NCBI GenBank assembly: GCA_937862935.1
Contig: CALMEO010000055.1
Coordinates: forward strand, 19,927 to 83,926
Direction of reading: 5' to 3'
Source: an uncultured bacterium
GTDB taxonomy: Bacteria; Patescibacteriota; Gracilibacteria; Absconditabacterales; Absconditicoccaceae
Length of the DNA stretch: 64,000 nt
A program made the position numbers and the translations under genes. The notes under the pieces are model-generated. The model had not been told where the DNA came from, made no database searches, and worked only from the letters and a program-made list of their open reading frames with translations. Below, piece after piece: positions 19,266 to 29,831 of this stretch (position 1 is the stretch's first letter; every line of letters begins with the position of its first letter).

Positions 19266-19287
19266 TCCAATTAAAATTCAAAATACT

Positions 19288-19314
19288 AAAGAGGACTTCG
19301 GTCCTCTTTTTTTA
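19288..19314 (+). terminator. rho-independent terminator after the major capsid gene
   Basis: AAAGAGGAC-TTCG-GTCCTCTTT followed by a T run. Confidence 0.85.
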
Positions 19315-19381
19315 TGTTAGTATTATTTGAATTAATAGTATAACTTTCTATATTTATATCAAATAATATTATTAACATTTT

Positions 19382-20785
19382 ATGAAAAGAGACAAGGATT
19401 ATACACTTCATGAATGTCAAATTTGTAAAACGGTTGTTCCGGTTTGTGGAATTGCAAGTCACCTTTATCACAAACATGATAAATTAAAGTCAGATGATTA
19501 TGCGAGAATGTATGGTGAATTCAGAAAAAAACACCTACATTTAGCTAACAGAAAAGATTTAAGTAATGTAAACTGTTTAGAATGTTTTCAAAAGTTCCCA
19601 TCACATAAATCCCTTATTCACCATATTAACAAAGATCATAAAGATCTCGGATGGGAAAAGTACTTTATCAAGCATTTTTTTAAGGGGATACACCCTACAT
19701 GTGCTTGTGGATGTGGACAAAATGTTAAACTGCTTCGACATGGTAAAAACGAAAATGGAGAAGTTGCGTACGCTAGAACAATGCTTCAAGGACATAATAA
19801 CAATCCCCCTGGATATAGGGTAAATACTCCACAGCAAAAAGTTAAAATGAGACTTGCTGCAATTAAAAGAATGTCAGAAGGTAAAGGGACTTTCTTCAAC
19901 TCAGGTACATCAAAAGGAGAGCAGGAACTTTATAAATTTATTCAAGATAACCTTCCCGGGGTAGAAATCATATCCAATGACAAAGTTCTACTTTCCGGAC
20001 TTGAAATAGATATCTTAATACCGGATAAAAAACTTGCAATAGAGTTTAACGGAGGTCATTTTCACAGTGACCTGTTTAAAGATAGGACATACCACCTTAA
20101 AAAAACTGAGGAGGTAATATCTCACGGATACAGGATGATTCACATATGGGAATCTGATTGGTATCTACGGAGGTCAATTGTAGAGTCAAACATATTAAAT
20201 ATTCTAGGTAAGACACCTAATAAGGTATATGCAAGAAATACTGTAGTGAAGGAAATTACTAATTCTGAAGCAACAAGATTTTGTATAGATAATCACCTTC
20301 AAGGGAGTTCTATCTCAAAATACAGGATTGGACTATTCCATAAAGGTGTCTTAGTAAGTGTTATGACATTTTCGAAACTCAGAGAAAGTGTAAGAATGAA
20401 ACACAAAGAAGGTTCCTACGAATTGGTAAGGTTTTGCAACAAGAAGGATTATACGGTAATTGGGGGTGCATCAAAACTATTTAGTTATTTTGTTCATAAG
20501 TACTCTCCTATGTATGTTATTAGTTATGCTAATAGAGATTGGAGTCTAGGTAACCTCTACTATAAACTAGGTATGGAGTTTAAGGGATTTACTCCCCCAG
20601 GATACTGGTATGTAAAATCTAAACACAAGTTTTCTAGAGTAATGTTTCAAAAACACAAACTAATCTCTAAAGGAAAAGACCCTAATAAGTCAGAGTATCA
20701 AATTATGATAGAAGATGGGTATGTAAGAGTCTGGGATTGTGGTAACTACAGGTTTTTATGGGAAAGAAGTAAATTAAGTGTTTAA
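19382..20785 (+). CDS. free-standing homing endonuclease-like protein (C2H2 Zn fingers plus Vsr/DUF559-like nuclease core)
   Basis: CQICK...HLYHKH and CLECF...HHINKDH; LEIDILIPDKKLAIEFNGGHFHSD; inserted between the capsid and phoH genes. Confidence 0.55.
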   Translation: MKRDKDYTLHECQICKTVVPVCGIASHLYHKHDKLKSDDYARMYGEFRKKHLHLANRKDLSNVNCLECFQKFPSHKSLIHHINKDHKDLGWEKYFIKHFFKGIHPTCACGCGQNVKLLRHGKNENGEVAYARTMLQGHNNNPPGYRVNTPQQKVKMRLAAIKRMSEGKGTFFNSGTSKGEQELYKFIQDNLPGVEIISNDKVLLSGLEIDILIPDKKLAIEFNGGHFHSDLFKDRTYHLKKTEEVISHGYRMIHIWESDWYLRRSIVESNILNILGKTPNKVYARNTVVKEITNSEATRFCIDNHLQGSSISKYRIGLFHKGVLVSVMTFSKLRESVRMKHKEGSYELVRFCNKKDYTVIGGASKLFSYFVHKYSPMYVISYANRDWSLGNLYYKLGMEFKGFTPPGYWYVKSKHKFSRVMFQKHKLISKGKDPNKSEYQIMIEDGYVRVWDCGNYRFLWERSKLSV

Positions 20786-20837
20786 TCATATCCGGATAAT
20801 TGCTATATTTATAGTAAACGTTAACGTTATACTACAT

Positions 20838-21524
20838 ATGGGATCTAATCACCACACTGATGAGGTTTTTACACAAAAACGAAAACCTAAGAATCCAATT
20901 AAGTTCAACCTACAACTTAATGAAGAACAAAAACAAGCAAAAGCACTTATTATTGAAAACCCGGTAGTTGTTCTTAAGGGAATGGCAGGTTCAGGTAAAA
21001 CACTTGTAGCAGTTCAAGCAGCATTAGATATGTTGTTTCGCAGAGAGGTTGAAAAAATCATTATTACAAGACCAACAGTTGCAAAAGAAGATTTAGGATT
21101 CTTACCTGGGGATTTAAAGGAAAAAATGGATCCATGGTTAGCACCAATTTATCACAATCTTTATATGTTATACGGTAAGGATAAAGTAGATAAAGAATTA
21201 GAGTATGGTAATATTGAGATTGTACCTTTTGCATTTATGAGAGGTAGAACATTTGTTAATTCATTTGTCATTGTAGATGAAGCTCAAAACGTTACTCATG
21301 ATCAAATGGAAACCGTTCTAGGAAGATTAGGTAAAGGTTCAAAAATGTTAATTTGTGGTGATTTAGCACAAATAGATTTAAAGGTAAAGAAAGAAACAGG
21401 ATTTTCCTTCCTTACCAGAATTGAAGAACAGGTAAAAGGGTTTAAAGTATTTGCTTTACAAGCTAATCATAGACATGAAATTGTTACTCCAATCCTTAAG
21501 GTATACCAAGATTTCCGAGATTAA
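20838..21524 (+). CDS. phoH: PhoH-like ATPase
   Basis: GMAGSGKTLVAV (Walker A) and FVIVDEAQN (Walker B); ATG 20838 preferred over the track start 20778. Confidence 0.85.
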   Translation: MGSNHHTDEVFTQKRKPKNPIKFNLQLNEEQKQAKALIIENPVVVLKGMAGSGKTLVAVQAALDMLFRREVEKIIITRPTVAKEDLGFLPGDLKEKMDPWLAPIYHNLYMLYGKDKVDKELEYGNIEIVPFAFMRGRTFVNSFVIVDEAQNVTHDQMETVLGRLGKGSKMLICGDLAQIDLKVKKETGFSFLTRIEEQVKGFKVFALQANHRHEIVTPILKVYQDFRD

Positions 21525-21647
21525 ACATATATTTACATTTACAAAATAGGAACTTAGGGTAGACACATGGAGATTAATTCAAATTAAATAAATCTCATAG
21601 TAAAGTGTAACCAGTGTTAGTTAAGTTAAATATTTACAAAAAGTTTG

Positions 21648-21655
21648 CTATTTAT
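21648..21655 (+). promoter_or_regulatory. CTATTTAT box
   Basis: 16 nt upstream of ATG 21671. Confidence 0.5.
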
Positions 21656-21670
21656 TAATAAATCTCTATA

Positions 21671-22837
21671 ATGGCAAATATTCCAATTTGGAACGGTAGT
21701 TCTCATTTTCAACCTGGGCAAACTCCATTCGGGTTCTATGATACAGACAGTGAGTTTACTTCTTCAGCTGATAAAGTAGCTTCTTTTTGTGCAATCCGGT
21801 TAGGGTACCCGTTGATGGATGTCGAATTACAGTCAGGATCTTTTTATGCCTGTTTTGAAGAAGCAGTTACAACCTATGGAAATGAAGTTTATCAAGCACA
21901 GGCAGTCCAAAATTACCTCTCAATAGAAGGTAGTGATACTGGAACACCTTTAAACAATTCTGTAATTTCTTCTAATCTTAATTCAACTATTCGAATTTCT
22001 CAAAATTATGCAACTGAAGCTGGTATTGGGGGAAATGTAACATTACATAAAGGAATGCTACACATTTCAGCTAGTGTACAAAATTATGACCTAAAACAAT
22101 GGGCTCTAGAACAAGGTATTTCAGGAAGTATTGAAATTAGAAAAGTGTTTTATGAAGCACCCCCAGCTATATTAAGGTATTTTGACCCTTATGCAGGAAC
22201 AGGGACAGGAATTCAATCTCTAATGGATGCTTTTGATTTCGGTTCATATTCCCCAGGTGTTAATTTTTTGTTGATGCCAGCATCTTACGATGTCTTAAAA
22301 GTTCAAGCGATTGAATTTAATGATCAAATTAGAAAATCAGCATATAGTTTTGAACTACATAACAATGTATTAAGATTGTTACCGGTTCCAACAAGAGAAG
22401 GTGTTTTATGGTTCGAATATTACAAAATATCTGAAAAAGGAAATGTAGATGACTCCTCAAATACAGCAGGAGGAGCATCTGGAGCATCTGGACCTGTAAC
22501 TAACATTTCAAATGTTCCGTTTGAAAACCCTACTTATTCGCAGATTAATTCGATAGGTAGACAGTGGATTTATAGATACACACTAGCTTTAGCAAAAGAG
22601 CTGTTAGCTTATGTTAGAGGGAAATACACCACAGTTCCTATTCCGGGTTCAGAAGCTACACTTAATCAGCAAGATTTACTATCCGATGCTAGGGCAGAAA
22701 AGGAGGCCTTACTTCAAAACTTAAGGGATATACTGGAAGGTACATCAAAAACAGCTCAACTAGAACGAAAATCTAAAGAGTTGGAATTTTTATCTGATGT
22801 ATTAGGGGAAGTACCAATGGTAATTTACGTAGGATAA
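21671..22837 (+). CDS. hypothetical virion structural protein
   Basis: 388-aa ORF in the structural module with a CTATTTAT box 16 nt upstream. Confidence 0.6.
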   Translation: MANIPIWNGSSHFQPGQTPFGFYDTDSEFTSSADKVASFCAIRLGYPLMDVELQSGSFYACFEEAVTTYGNEVYQAQAVQNYLSIEGSDTGTPLNNSVISSNLNSTIRISQNYATEAGIGGNVTLHKGMLHISASVQNYDLKQWALEQGISGSIEIRKVFYEAPPAILRYFDPYAGTGTGIQSLMDAFDFGSYSPGVNFLLMPASYDVLKVQAIEFNDQIRKSAYSFELHNNVLRLLPVPTREGVLWFEYYKISEKGNVDDSSNTAGGASGASGPVTNISNVPFENPTYSQINSIGRQWIYRYTLALAKELLAYVRGKYTTVPIPGSEATLNQQDLLSDARAEKEALLQNLRDILEGTSKTAQLERKSKELEFLSDVLGEVPMVIYVG

Positions 22838-23145
22838 TGAAATTAATAGAACTTATAAATGAAGTTACATTCACACTCTATCAAGGTATGATGAGAGTGG
22901 TACACACCGAAGATACAACTGCTTCTAAAGTAGCTGATTTCGTGAGGGCAATGCCAGGTGTAACAAGGGTAACAGCTATAGATTCCAACGAAGAAACAAA
23001 CACAGTCATTCTTAAGGTAAAAGTTCTCACTGCAAAACCTGCTAAAGGTGTATTTGAAAAGTTACAAAAAGATACTTTTAGATTGGTACCTAGTATAAAA
23101 AAAGTTGAAATTTCACATAAATCAATTCAACCAGTTAGTAGATAA
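22837..23145 (+). CDS. hypothetical protein
   Basis: ATGA overlap within the structural operon. Confidence 0.55.
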   Translation: MKLIELINEVTFTLYQGMMRVVHTEDTTASKVADFVRAMPGVTRVTAIDSNEETNTVILKVKVLTAKPAKGVFEKLQKDTFRLVPSIKKVEISHKSIQPVSR

Positions 23146-23633
23146 TGTTGTTTGGAAGCCAAAGAGATTTTAACCTTATTACAGGTATTAATAGGGAATT
23201 ACTATCCAACGTGGTTGAACAGGAAATTTTGTATTACAAACTTTCCTTAGAACAGACCAGTGCTAACATCTATGGGGAGTCTACCCAAAAAGTTTTTTGG
23301 GAACCAGTTAAACTAAACTGTTTGATTGATAGGGGAGACCAACAGACAATTTCCGATGATTTTGGACCAGATTCAATACGTGATACGAAATTCAGATTTT
23401 TAAAACAAGATTTATTTGATACGCAGACATTTCCACAGGTAGGAGATATTATTGTATGGGATGAAGATTATTACGAAGTTGACAATACAACTGAAAATCA
23501 ACTGTTCTTAGGTAAAGATCCTGACTATACATTAACATCTTATGGTCCCAATTATGGAGGTTCATTATCGATAATATGTATTTGTCACCTAACTAGAGCA
23601 GAAAAGGTTGGTGTAATTAAACAGAGAATATAA
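23145..23633 (+). CDS. hypothetical protein
   Basis: Start-stop overlap within the structural operon. Confidence 0.55.
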   Translation: MLFGSQRDFNLITGINRELLSNVVEQEILYYKLSLEQTSANIYGESTQKVFWEPVKLNCLIDRGDQQTISDDFGPDSIRDTKFRFLKQDLFDTQTFPQVGDIIVWDEDYYEVDNTTENQLFLGKDPDYTLTSYGPNYGGSLSIICICHLTRAEKVGVIKQRI

Positions 23634-23635
23634 CA

Positions 23636-24865
23636 GTGGCTATAAATAAAAAACCTGTACCGAAATCACAAGTAGAGTTGTCTCAAGAGACAGTTAATCC
23701 GTACCTTAGTCAAGGTAAAGGACCTATTCCTTCTAATTTACGTAGAGAGAATCAAAGAAGTGTCAAAGGTGATAATGTTAAACAGTTCAAAGTAGGTTTA
23801 CAGGATATCGATGAAGCTATCGTATACTACTTTAATAATGTAATTAAACCTTCTGTTATCCAAAATAGTCTGAGAGTCAATGTACCAGTTATTTACGGTT
23901 CAGCAGAAAAATGGGCAGCAGTACAAAAAGATGGATATTATAGAGATAATAATGGTAAAATTCAACTACCATTAATTATGTTTAAAAGAGATACTGTAGA
24001 AAAAAATAGAACACTAGGTAATAAATTAGATGCAAATAATCCACTCCATTTTGGAGTATTTGAAAAGAAGTATTCACCTAAAAATTTTTATGATAGGTTT
24101 AGTGCTTTATCAAATAGAATACCTGTTAAAGAGTATTACGGTGTAATAATGCCGGATTATGTTAATCTAACCTACACTTGTATCGTTTTTACTGAATATG
24201 TAGAACAGATGAATTCAATTGTTGAATCTATTAATTATGCTTCAGATTCCTATTGGGGAGATCCTGAGAGATTTAAGTTTAGAGCAGCTATTGACTCTTA
24301 TACAACAACTACTGAACATGTTCAAGGTGAAACTCGCTCAGTTAAAACAACATTTCAGATTAAATTAGCAGGATATGTTGTACCAGATACAATTAATACA
24401 GCTGTAGCAAACCCTAATAAATTTTACTCAAAAGCTGCAGTAACATTTAGAATGGAAACAGCAGGGTCAACTGAGATCTTAAATGCAAAAGCATCTACGT
24501 CAGCTGCAAAAGCATCTACAAGGTTCTTCGACGTCCCTATGGTTTCTAATTTACCGGGTAATGGAAGTAACAATTTAGGTATGACAGAGGAGCAAATTAC
24601 ATATGTAGGGTTACAGTCTACAGCATTAGCTGATAGTACAGTTAGAGACACTGCTACATATTTTAATAGATCAATTGCAGTTCCTCCTACAGGGTTTTCT
24701 GCTCCAACAGAGGGAGAGTTTCAAGTATATATTAACGGTATATTAATCCCAGTAGAAAATAGGTCAACAAACCAGAATGGAGTAAATATTGAAATTACAT
24801 TTAAGGATCTAAGATTTAATTTAGAACCATCAGATCAAATAGTTTTAATAGGTAAATTTAATTAG
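23636..24865 (+). CDS. hypothetical virion structural protein
   Basis: 409-aa ORF with GTG start. Confidence 0.6.
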   Translation: MAINKKPVPKSQVELSQETVNPYLSQGKGPIPSNLRRENQRSVKGDNVKQFKVGLQDIDEAIVYYFNNVIKPSVIQNSLRVNVPVIYGSAEKWAAVQKDGYYRDNNGKIQLPLIMFKRDTVEKNRTLGNKLDANNPLHFGVFEKKYSPKNFYDRFSALSNRIPVKEYYGVIMPDYVNLTYTCIVFTEYVEQMNSIVESINYASDSYWGDPERFKFRAAIDSYTTTTEHVQGETRSVKTTFQIKLAGYVVPDTINTAVANPNKFYSKAAVTFRMETAGSTEILNAKASTSAAKASTRFFDVPMVSNLPGNGSNNLGMTEEQITYVGLQSTALADSTVRDTATYFNRSIAVPPTGFSAPTEGEFQVYINGILIPVENRSTNQNGVNIEITFKDLRFNLEPSDQIVLIGKFN

Positions 24866-24876
24866 AATTTGAACGA

Positions 24877-25992
24877 ATGTCAAACTTAATACAAGGAAAG
24901 CAGATTAATGTAGAATTAACAGGATCCTTCTCAGGAAGTTTCACCGGTATTTTACAGGGAACTTCGTCTTGGTCTGAGAATACTGTTAGTAGTTCCTTTG
25001 CAACTACTGCATCATATTTGTTAACCAGCCCTGTTTTTACAGGATCCTTTACTCCCACTTCTTCTTTTAATTATTTTACATCTTCTTATAACACAGGGAG
25101 TTTCAGAGGAGACTTAATAGGAACTTCATCTTGGTCTGGGAATTCTGTAAGTAGTTCCTTTGCAACTACTGCATCATATTTGTCAGGAAATTTCACACTT
25201 GATAGGGTTTCGAACATTTCAGCATCTTCTGCTCAAAATTACAATATACTTATTTTCAGTACATCATCCCTGCTTTGGGAAAGTAAAAATCCCTTTAGTG
25301 AGTTTGCAGCAAACCCTATAAAGTATGGTGAACATGTAAATGTTCCAACCTTCGGTTCTCTATCCCATAACAATGTAGAAGGAGTTACGATGGTATTTAA
25401 CGGTCCTGTTGCTAGAACATGGGCTGATACAAATGTTGTGACAAGAACACAAAGAATGGGGCTTGCGGGTGGTACTACTGGTACTGTAGGTGGTCAATTT
25501 AGACAAATTACTCAATATATGAGTAGAAATGGTGGTTTCTCAATAACATCTGGTTTTAATATGGCTGAAAACGCAAATGATACAGCTATTAGATTTTTTA
25601 TGGGTATTAGAAATAGTATCGGTACTTGGTCGAATGTAGAACCAGATACTTTGATTAATTTAATTGGTGTATGTCGATTATCAACGTCTGATAATCTACA
25701 GCTTTTACATAATGATGGTACAGGTACTGCAACCACAATTGATTTAGGTTCAAATTTCCCAGCAAACACAGTATCAACAGATAAATACGTATTTTTTATT
25801 GAAACTGTTCCAACTGGTGTTTATTTCAAAATTGAAAGAGTTGGAACTGATTTTATTTATGAAAAAATAATAACTACAAATTTACCAGCATCAGATTTAG
25901 GGATGGTCCTTGGTGGTTATATTGTAGATACTTCTGGTGCCAATACACCAACAGGTTTTGACTGGCACGGAAGTTACGTAAAAGTAGGTTAA
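24877..25992 (+). CDS. putative tail fibre / receptor-binding protein with internal repeats
   Basis: Ser/Thr-rich N-terminus with the duplicated GTSSWS.N.VSSSFATTASYL unit; Gly-rich C-terminal domain. Confidence 0.4.
   Translation: MSNLIQGKQINVELTGSFSGSFTGILQGTSSWSENTVSSSFATTASYLLTSPVFTGSFTPTSSFNYFTSSYNTGSFRGDLIGTSSWSGNSVSSSFATTASYLSGNFTLDRVSNISASSAQNYNILIFSTSSLLWESKNPFSEFAANPIKYGEHVNVPTFGSLSHNNVEGVTMVFNGPVARTWADTNVVTRTQRMGLAGGTTGTVGGQFRQITQYMSRNGGFSITSGFNMAENANDTAIRFFMGIRNSIGTWSNVEPDTLINLIGVCRLSTSDNLQLLHNDGTGTATTIDLGSNFPANTVSTDKYVFFIETVPTGVYFKIERVGTDFIYEKIITTNLPASDLGMVLGGYIVDTSGANTPTGFDWHGSYVKVG
24958..25183 (+). repeat. 64-bp imperfect direct repeat, 2 copies (24958..25021 and 25120..25183) in the fibre-like gene
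   Basis: GGAACTTC(G/A)TCTTGGTCTG.GAAT.CTGT.AGTAGTTCCTTTGCAACTACTGCATCATATTTGT. Confidence 0.85.
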
Positions 25993-25993
25993 A

Positions 25994-26001
25994 CTATTTA
26001 T
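25994..26001 (+). promoter_or_regulatory. CTATTTAT box
   Basis: 19 nt upstream of ATG 26020. Confidence 0.5.
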
Positions 26002-26019
26002 TATTGAATAATCAGTGGG

Positions 26020-26481
26020 ATGAAATACTATACATCTAAATACGGTAACATTATTAAAGTTGATTTAGGAAATATTACTCTTGTTTCTATGGAAGAATCT
26101 TCTGAAGAATACAAACAATTCCTTGAGTTTCTTAACAGTGGAGGAACTGTTAACTCAAGTAATTTTTCTACTATGGAAGAAGATACCTTGTTTAACATAG
26201 AAAAAGAGACACAGACCTATTTAAAGAGAATCAACGATGGAGCTATTGCAATATCAAAGTTTTCTGCTGAAATACGAGTAGCTAAACTTTCTGGGGTAAT
26301 TTCAGAAGAAGGACAAAAAGTTGTTGATAAAGTATTAAAACCTGTTAGAGATGAAATACTTGCAGGCCAATGGATTTCAGCAAAAGATGAACTCCTAACA
26401 ATAGGAAGCAGTATTATAGGTCAAAAACTATATGAAAGAATATTAACAGAAATACAAACATATATTATAGATAATTACTAA
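26020..26481 (+). CDS. hypothetical protein
   Basis: CTATTTAT box 19 nt upstream. Confidence 0.55.
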   Translation: MKYYTSKYGNIIKVDLGNITLVSMEESSEEYKQFLEFLNSGGTVNSSNFSTMEEDTLFNIEKETQTYLKRINDGAIAISKFSAEIRVAKLSGVISEEGQKVVDKVLKPVRDEILAGQWISAKDELLTIGSSIIGQKLYERILTEIQTYIIDNY

Positions 26482-26798
26482 TGATTTTATTTTTTATTGC
26501 ATATATTTTACTTCTACCCCTTACACTTTTTAATTATTTTGTAGTAAGAAACAAAGGTTACTTTAAAAGTACAGCTACAAATATTGATATGTTTGGAAAT
26601 AGGGAATTTAGGGCTACTTGGAATAGGTTTTTAATTACCGAAGATGGGTATAAATTTGGAGATTCAAGAGAAACCATTTCATCAGTTTTAGGAAAAAATA
26701 AAATAGCTGGAACATTAACAAAAACAGGTAAGATTTTATGTTGGATATTAGATTCAATAGACCATAACCACTGTATTAAATCAATAAAAAATTTATGA
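26481..26798 (+). CDS. hypothetical membrane protein
   Basis: N-terminal hydrophobic helix MILFFIAYILLLPLTLF. Confidence 0.5.
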   Translation: MILFFIAYILLLPLTLFNYFVVRNKGYFKSTATNIDMFGNREFRATWNRFLITEDGYKFGDSRETISSVLGKNKIAGTLTKTGKILCWILDSIDHNHCIKSIKNL

Positions 26799-27184
26799 AA
26801 AATATTAATATTACATGTCCGATTTGTCCAATAATAAAAGATAGGGTTGTAAAGTACTATCTGAATATTGGTAAAATTTTTACACCTGACTTCATAAAGC
26901 AAAATTACCATAAACACCTTGTATATTCCCTAGTATTGACATTTTTTACTATATGGTTCTTATTTAAGTTTGCCCATTTGGGAGACACAGGGATACTCTT
27001 TCCTATTTTTATAGGAGGATTTGGAGCTTATTGGGTAAATTTTGCAAGAGAATTTTATTTTAGTAAATTCCGTGATGCACCTTGGGATGGTACAGATCTT
27101 GATATGGGAAGTTACGGAGGAATTATTGGTGCAATTTTATTTTCTACGATAAATTGGATTAATGGTTTGTTACATATATTCTAA
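26795..27184 (+). CDS. hypothetical multi-pass membrane protein
   Basis: Several hydrophobic segments (LVYSLVLTFFTIWFLF, ILFPIFIGGFGAYWV, GGIIGAILFSTI). Confidence 0.5.
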   Translation: MKNINITCPICPIIKDRVVKYYLNIGKIFTPDFIKQNYHKHLVYSLVLTFFTIWFLFKFAHLGDTGILFPIFIGGFGAYWVNFAREFYFSKFRDAPWDGTDLDMGSYGGIIGAILFSTINWINGLLHIF

Positions 27185-27321
27185 TAATGTTACATTAACT
27201 TAGAGTCTAGGTAGGTCCTAAAGAAATTTAGCACGGTAGTTCATAGAGTTAAAAAAAGTAGATACGTTAAGTAAATACAAACTGTTTATAGTAAAACAAT
27301 ACTAATGATATTTAATAATTT

Positions 27322-27345
27322 GAAGGAGGGTTTCGACTCTCCTTC
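27322..27345 (+). terminator. UUCG-tetraloop hairpin (possible terminator or processing site)
   Basis: GAAGGAGGGT-TTCG-ACTCTCCTTC; no clean T run, followed by a CTATTTAT box. Confidence 0.4.
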
Positions 27346-27346
27346 C

Positions 27347-27354
27347 CTATTTAT
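27347..27354 (+). promoter_or_regulatory. CTATTTAT box
   Basis: Directly after a UUCG-tetraloop hairpin; 79 nt upstream of the sheath ATG 27433. Confidence 0.45.
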
Positions 27355-27432
27355 TATTAGAATTGATTCTTTAAATTTTAAAAAGAGTTCATAATCTACA
27401 ACTAAATTCAACAATTAAATTAATCTAAAAAT

Positions 27433-29193
27433 ATGGCAGAATCAATTATTTCTCCAGGGGTGTTTCAAAGAGAGAATGACATTTCATTTGTACAACCTGC
27501 ACCAAGAGTAGCTGGAGCAGCATTTATTGGACCAACAGTAAAAGGGCCGATTGAGATTCCTACTATTGTTACTTCTTATAATAATTACTTAAGAATTTTT
27601 GGAGATACATTCATTTCAGCTTCTACTAGTTATGAATATCTAACTTCGTTAGCAGTTAAGAATTATTTTTCACAAGGAGGGCAGACAGCTTTAATCACAA
27701 GAGTAGCTAATACAGCTACAAACTATACTACAGCTACCAACACTTGGATTTCAGCATCAGTCGTAACAGGTAGTCAACCTTTTACGTTAACAACCTTAGG
27801 TAGAGGTGCTATGTACAATAACGCTACTTCTTCTAATCACCCTCTTTTAGGAGGTAATACTTATCAGAATTCAGATGGATCTTTAGTTTCTGGGTCAGCT
27901 GACAATTTAAGATGGGAACTTTCAAACATTAACCCTACTCTAGGTACATTTACTGTTAGTATTAGACAGGGAGACGATAATACCAATAACAAAACAATCC
28001 TTGAAACGTTTAACAATGTTTCTTTAGATCCAAATTCAGATAACTACATTGCAAGTGTAATTGGGGATCAAGTACAGGCTTTTGCAACAGATGACACAAG
28101 TTATTACCTGAATACTACAGGATCTTATCCAAATAGATCTAATTATATTAGAGTTAGTTCAGTTAATACTAGAACAATTAACTATCTTGCAAATGATGGT
28201 ATTACTGTCAATGTTGATTCAAACGGGGTAAGCTACTCAGGTTCTTTACCTATAGCTCAATCAGGGTCTTTCTATAATGCAACAGGTATGATTGCAAATG
28301 GAGCTAATTACTTCGGTAACATCAATGTTACAAATACACAGGGCTTGGTTGGTTCGGATTATACAAATGCAATCAGATTGTTATCAAACAAAGATGATTA
28401 TCAATTTAATGTAATTGCTGCACCAGGACTAACATATGCTAATACCCCGACACAACTTGATTCAATCGTTTCTTTAGCAGAAACTAGAGGAGACTGTATT
28501 GCAGTTGTTGATCTGGTTAATTACAATTCAGCTTTATCAGGAGTAACAGCCAAAGCAACTTCTCTTAATACTTCATATGGTGCAAGTTACTGGCCATGGG
28601 TGCAAATGAGATCTGCAACAGGTAGAAATGAATGGTGCCCAGCGTCAGTTGTTATTCCGGGAGTGTATGCATTTACAGATGCTGCAGCAGCACCGTGGTT
28701 TGCTCCAGCAGGGTTAGTAAGAGGAGGGATTCCAGGAGTAATTCAAACTGAGAGAAAGTTATCTAAAACAGATAGAGATACTTTGTATGCAGGAAAAGTT
28801 AATCCAATTGCTACATTCCCAGGAACAGGTATTTCAATTACAGGTCAAAAAACACTTCAATCAAAAGCATCAGCCTTGAATAGGGTAAATGTGAGAAGAT
28901 TATTAATTGAACTTAAGAAGTTTATTGGAGACCAAGCACGTACACTTATATTTGAACAGAATACAATTACAACTAGAAATAAATTTTTAGCTACAGTTAA
29001 CCCATATTTAGAATCAGTAGTACAAAGACAGGGTCTTTATGCTGGAAGAGTTATAATGAATGATACAAACAATACAGCAGATGTTGTTGATAGAAATCAG
29101 TTAGTAGGTCAAATCTACATCCAACCAGCTAAAACAATTGAATTTGTAGTATTAGATTTCGTAATTGAACCTACAGGTGTTACATTTGGATAA
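27433..29193 (+). CDS. contractile tail sheath protein
   Basis: N-terminal ISPGVFQRENDIS motif typical of sheath proteins; 586 aa, followed by a tube-sized ORF. Confidence 0.75.
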   Translation: MAESIISPGVFQRENDISFVQPAPRVAGAAFIGPTVKGPIEIPTIVTSYNNYLRIFGDTFISASTSYEYLTSLAVKNYFSQGGQTALITRVANTATNYTTATNTWISASVVTGSQPFTLTTLGRGAMYNNATSSNHPLLGGNTYQNSDGSLVSGSADNLRWELSNINPTLGTFTVSIRQGDDNTNNKTILETFNNVSLDPNSDNYIASVIGDQVQAFATDDTSYYLNTTGSYPNRSNYIRVSSVNTRTINYLANDGITVNVDSNGVSYSGSLPIAQSGSFYNATGMIANGANYFGNINVTNTQGLVGSDYTNAIRLLSNKDDYQFNVIAAPGLTYANTPTQLDSIVSLAETRGDCIAVVDLVNYNSALSGVTAKATSLNTSYGASYWPWVQMRSATGRNEWCPASVVIPGVYAFTDAAAAPWFAPAGLVRGGIPGVIQTERKLSKTDRDTLYAGKVNPIATFPGTGISITGQKTLQSKASALNRVNVRRLLIELKKFIGDQARTLIFEQNTITTRNKFLATVNPYLESVVQRQGLYAGRVIMNDTNNTADVVDRNQLVGQIYIQPAKTIEFVVLDFVIEPTGVTFG

Positions 29194-29237
29194 TATTTGG
29201 GAAAGTAGATATTTATAATTAAACATAAAATAACACA

Positions 29238-29726
29238 ATGGCAGTATTAGATCCGAATGAGATAATGTTTAGAGCTTTTGAACCAATGGTTCAACATAGA
29301 TTTGTAATGTACATGGATAACATTCCAGCATTTATGGTTAAGAATGTTAAAGCACCTGGGTTTACGGATGCAGTGATAAAGCTTGATCATATTAACACAT
29401 ATAGAAAAATTAGAGGGAAAAGAGAATGGAAGGATATCACAATGGTACTTTATTCTCCGATTACACCTTCCGGGGCACAGGCAGTAATGGAATGGGCACG
29501 TTTGGCCTATGAATCGGTTACAGGTAGAGCTGGTTACTCAGATTTCTATAAGAAAGATTTAACATTAAATGTTATAGGTCCGGTTGGAGACATTGTCGGT
29601 GAGTGGATTATCAAAGGGGCTTTTATTTCAGATGCAGAGTTTGGTCAATTTGACTGGACATCTGTAGATGGAATTGTTGAGATACCACTTACAGTATCAA
29701 TGGATTATTGTATATTGAATTGGTAA
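29238..29726 (+). CDS. tail tube protein
   Basis: 162-aa ORF directly after the sheath gene; strong terminator downstream. Confidence 0.6.
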   Translation: MAVLDPNEIMFRAFEPMVQHRFVMYMDNIPAFMVKNVKAPGFTDAVIKLDHINTYRKIRGKREWKDITMVLYSPITPSGAQAVMEWARLAYESVTGRAGYSDFYKKDLTLNVIGPVGDIVGEWIIKGAFISDAEFGQFDWTSVDGIVEIPLTVSMDYCILNW

Positions 29727-29748
29727 AATATTTATAAAAAACACTAAG

Positions 29749-29772
29749 AAGCCTGATTTTCAGGCTTTTTTT
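29749..29772 (+). terminator. rho-independent terminator after the tail tube gene
   Basis: AAGCCTGA-TTT-TCAGGCTT followed by TTTTT. Confidence 0.85.
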
Positions 29773-29831
29773 ATGGAAAAGTTTTTACAATATATTTATA
29801 TATACAATAAGTTACTAACCAAATAAAATCT

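Noticed and set aside
20778-20837. Track start (non-ATG) at 20778 for the PhoH gene
   Set aside because: The first 20 codons (FNHIRIIAIFIVNVNVILH) overlap the previous gene and contain a promoter-box variant (CTATATTTAT, 20803). ATG 20838 follows it at the usual distance.
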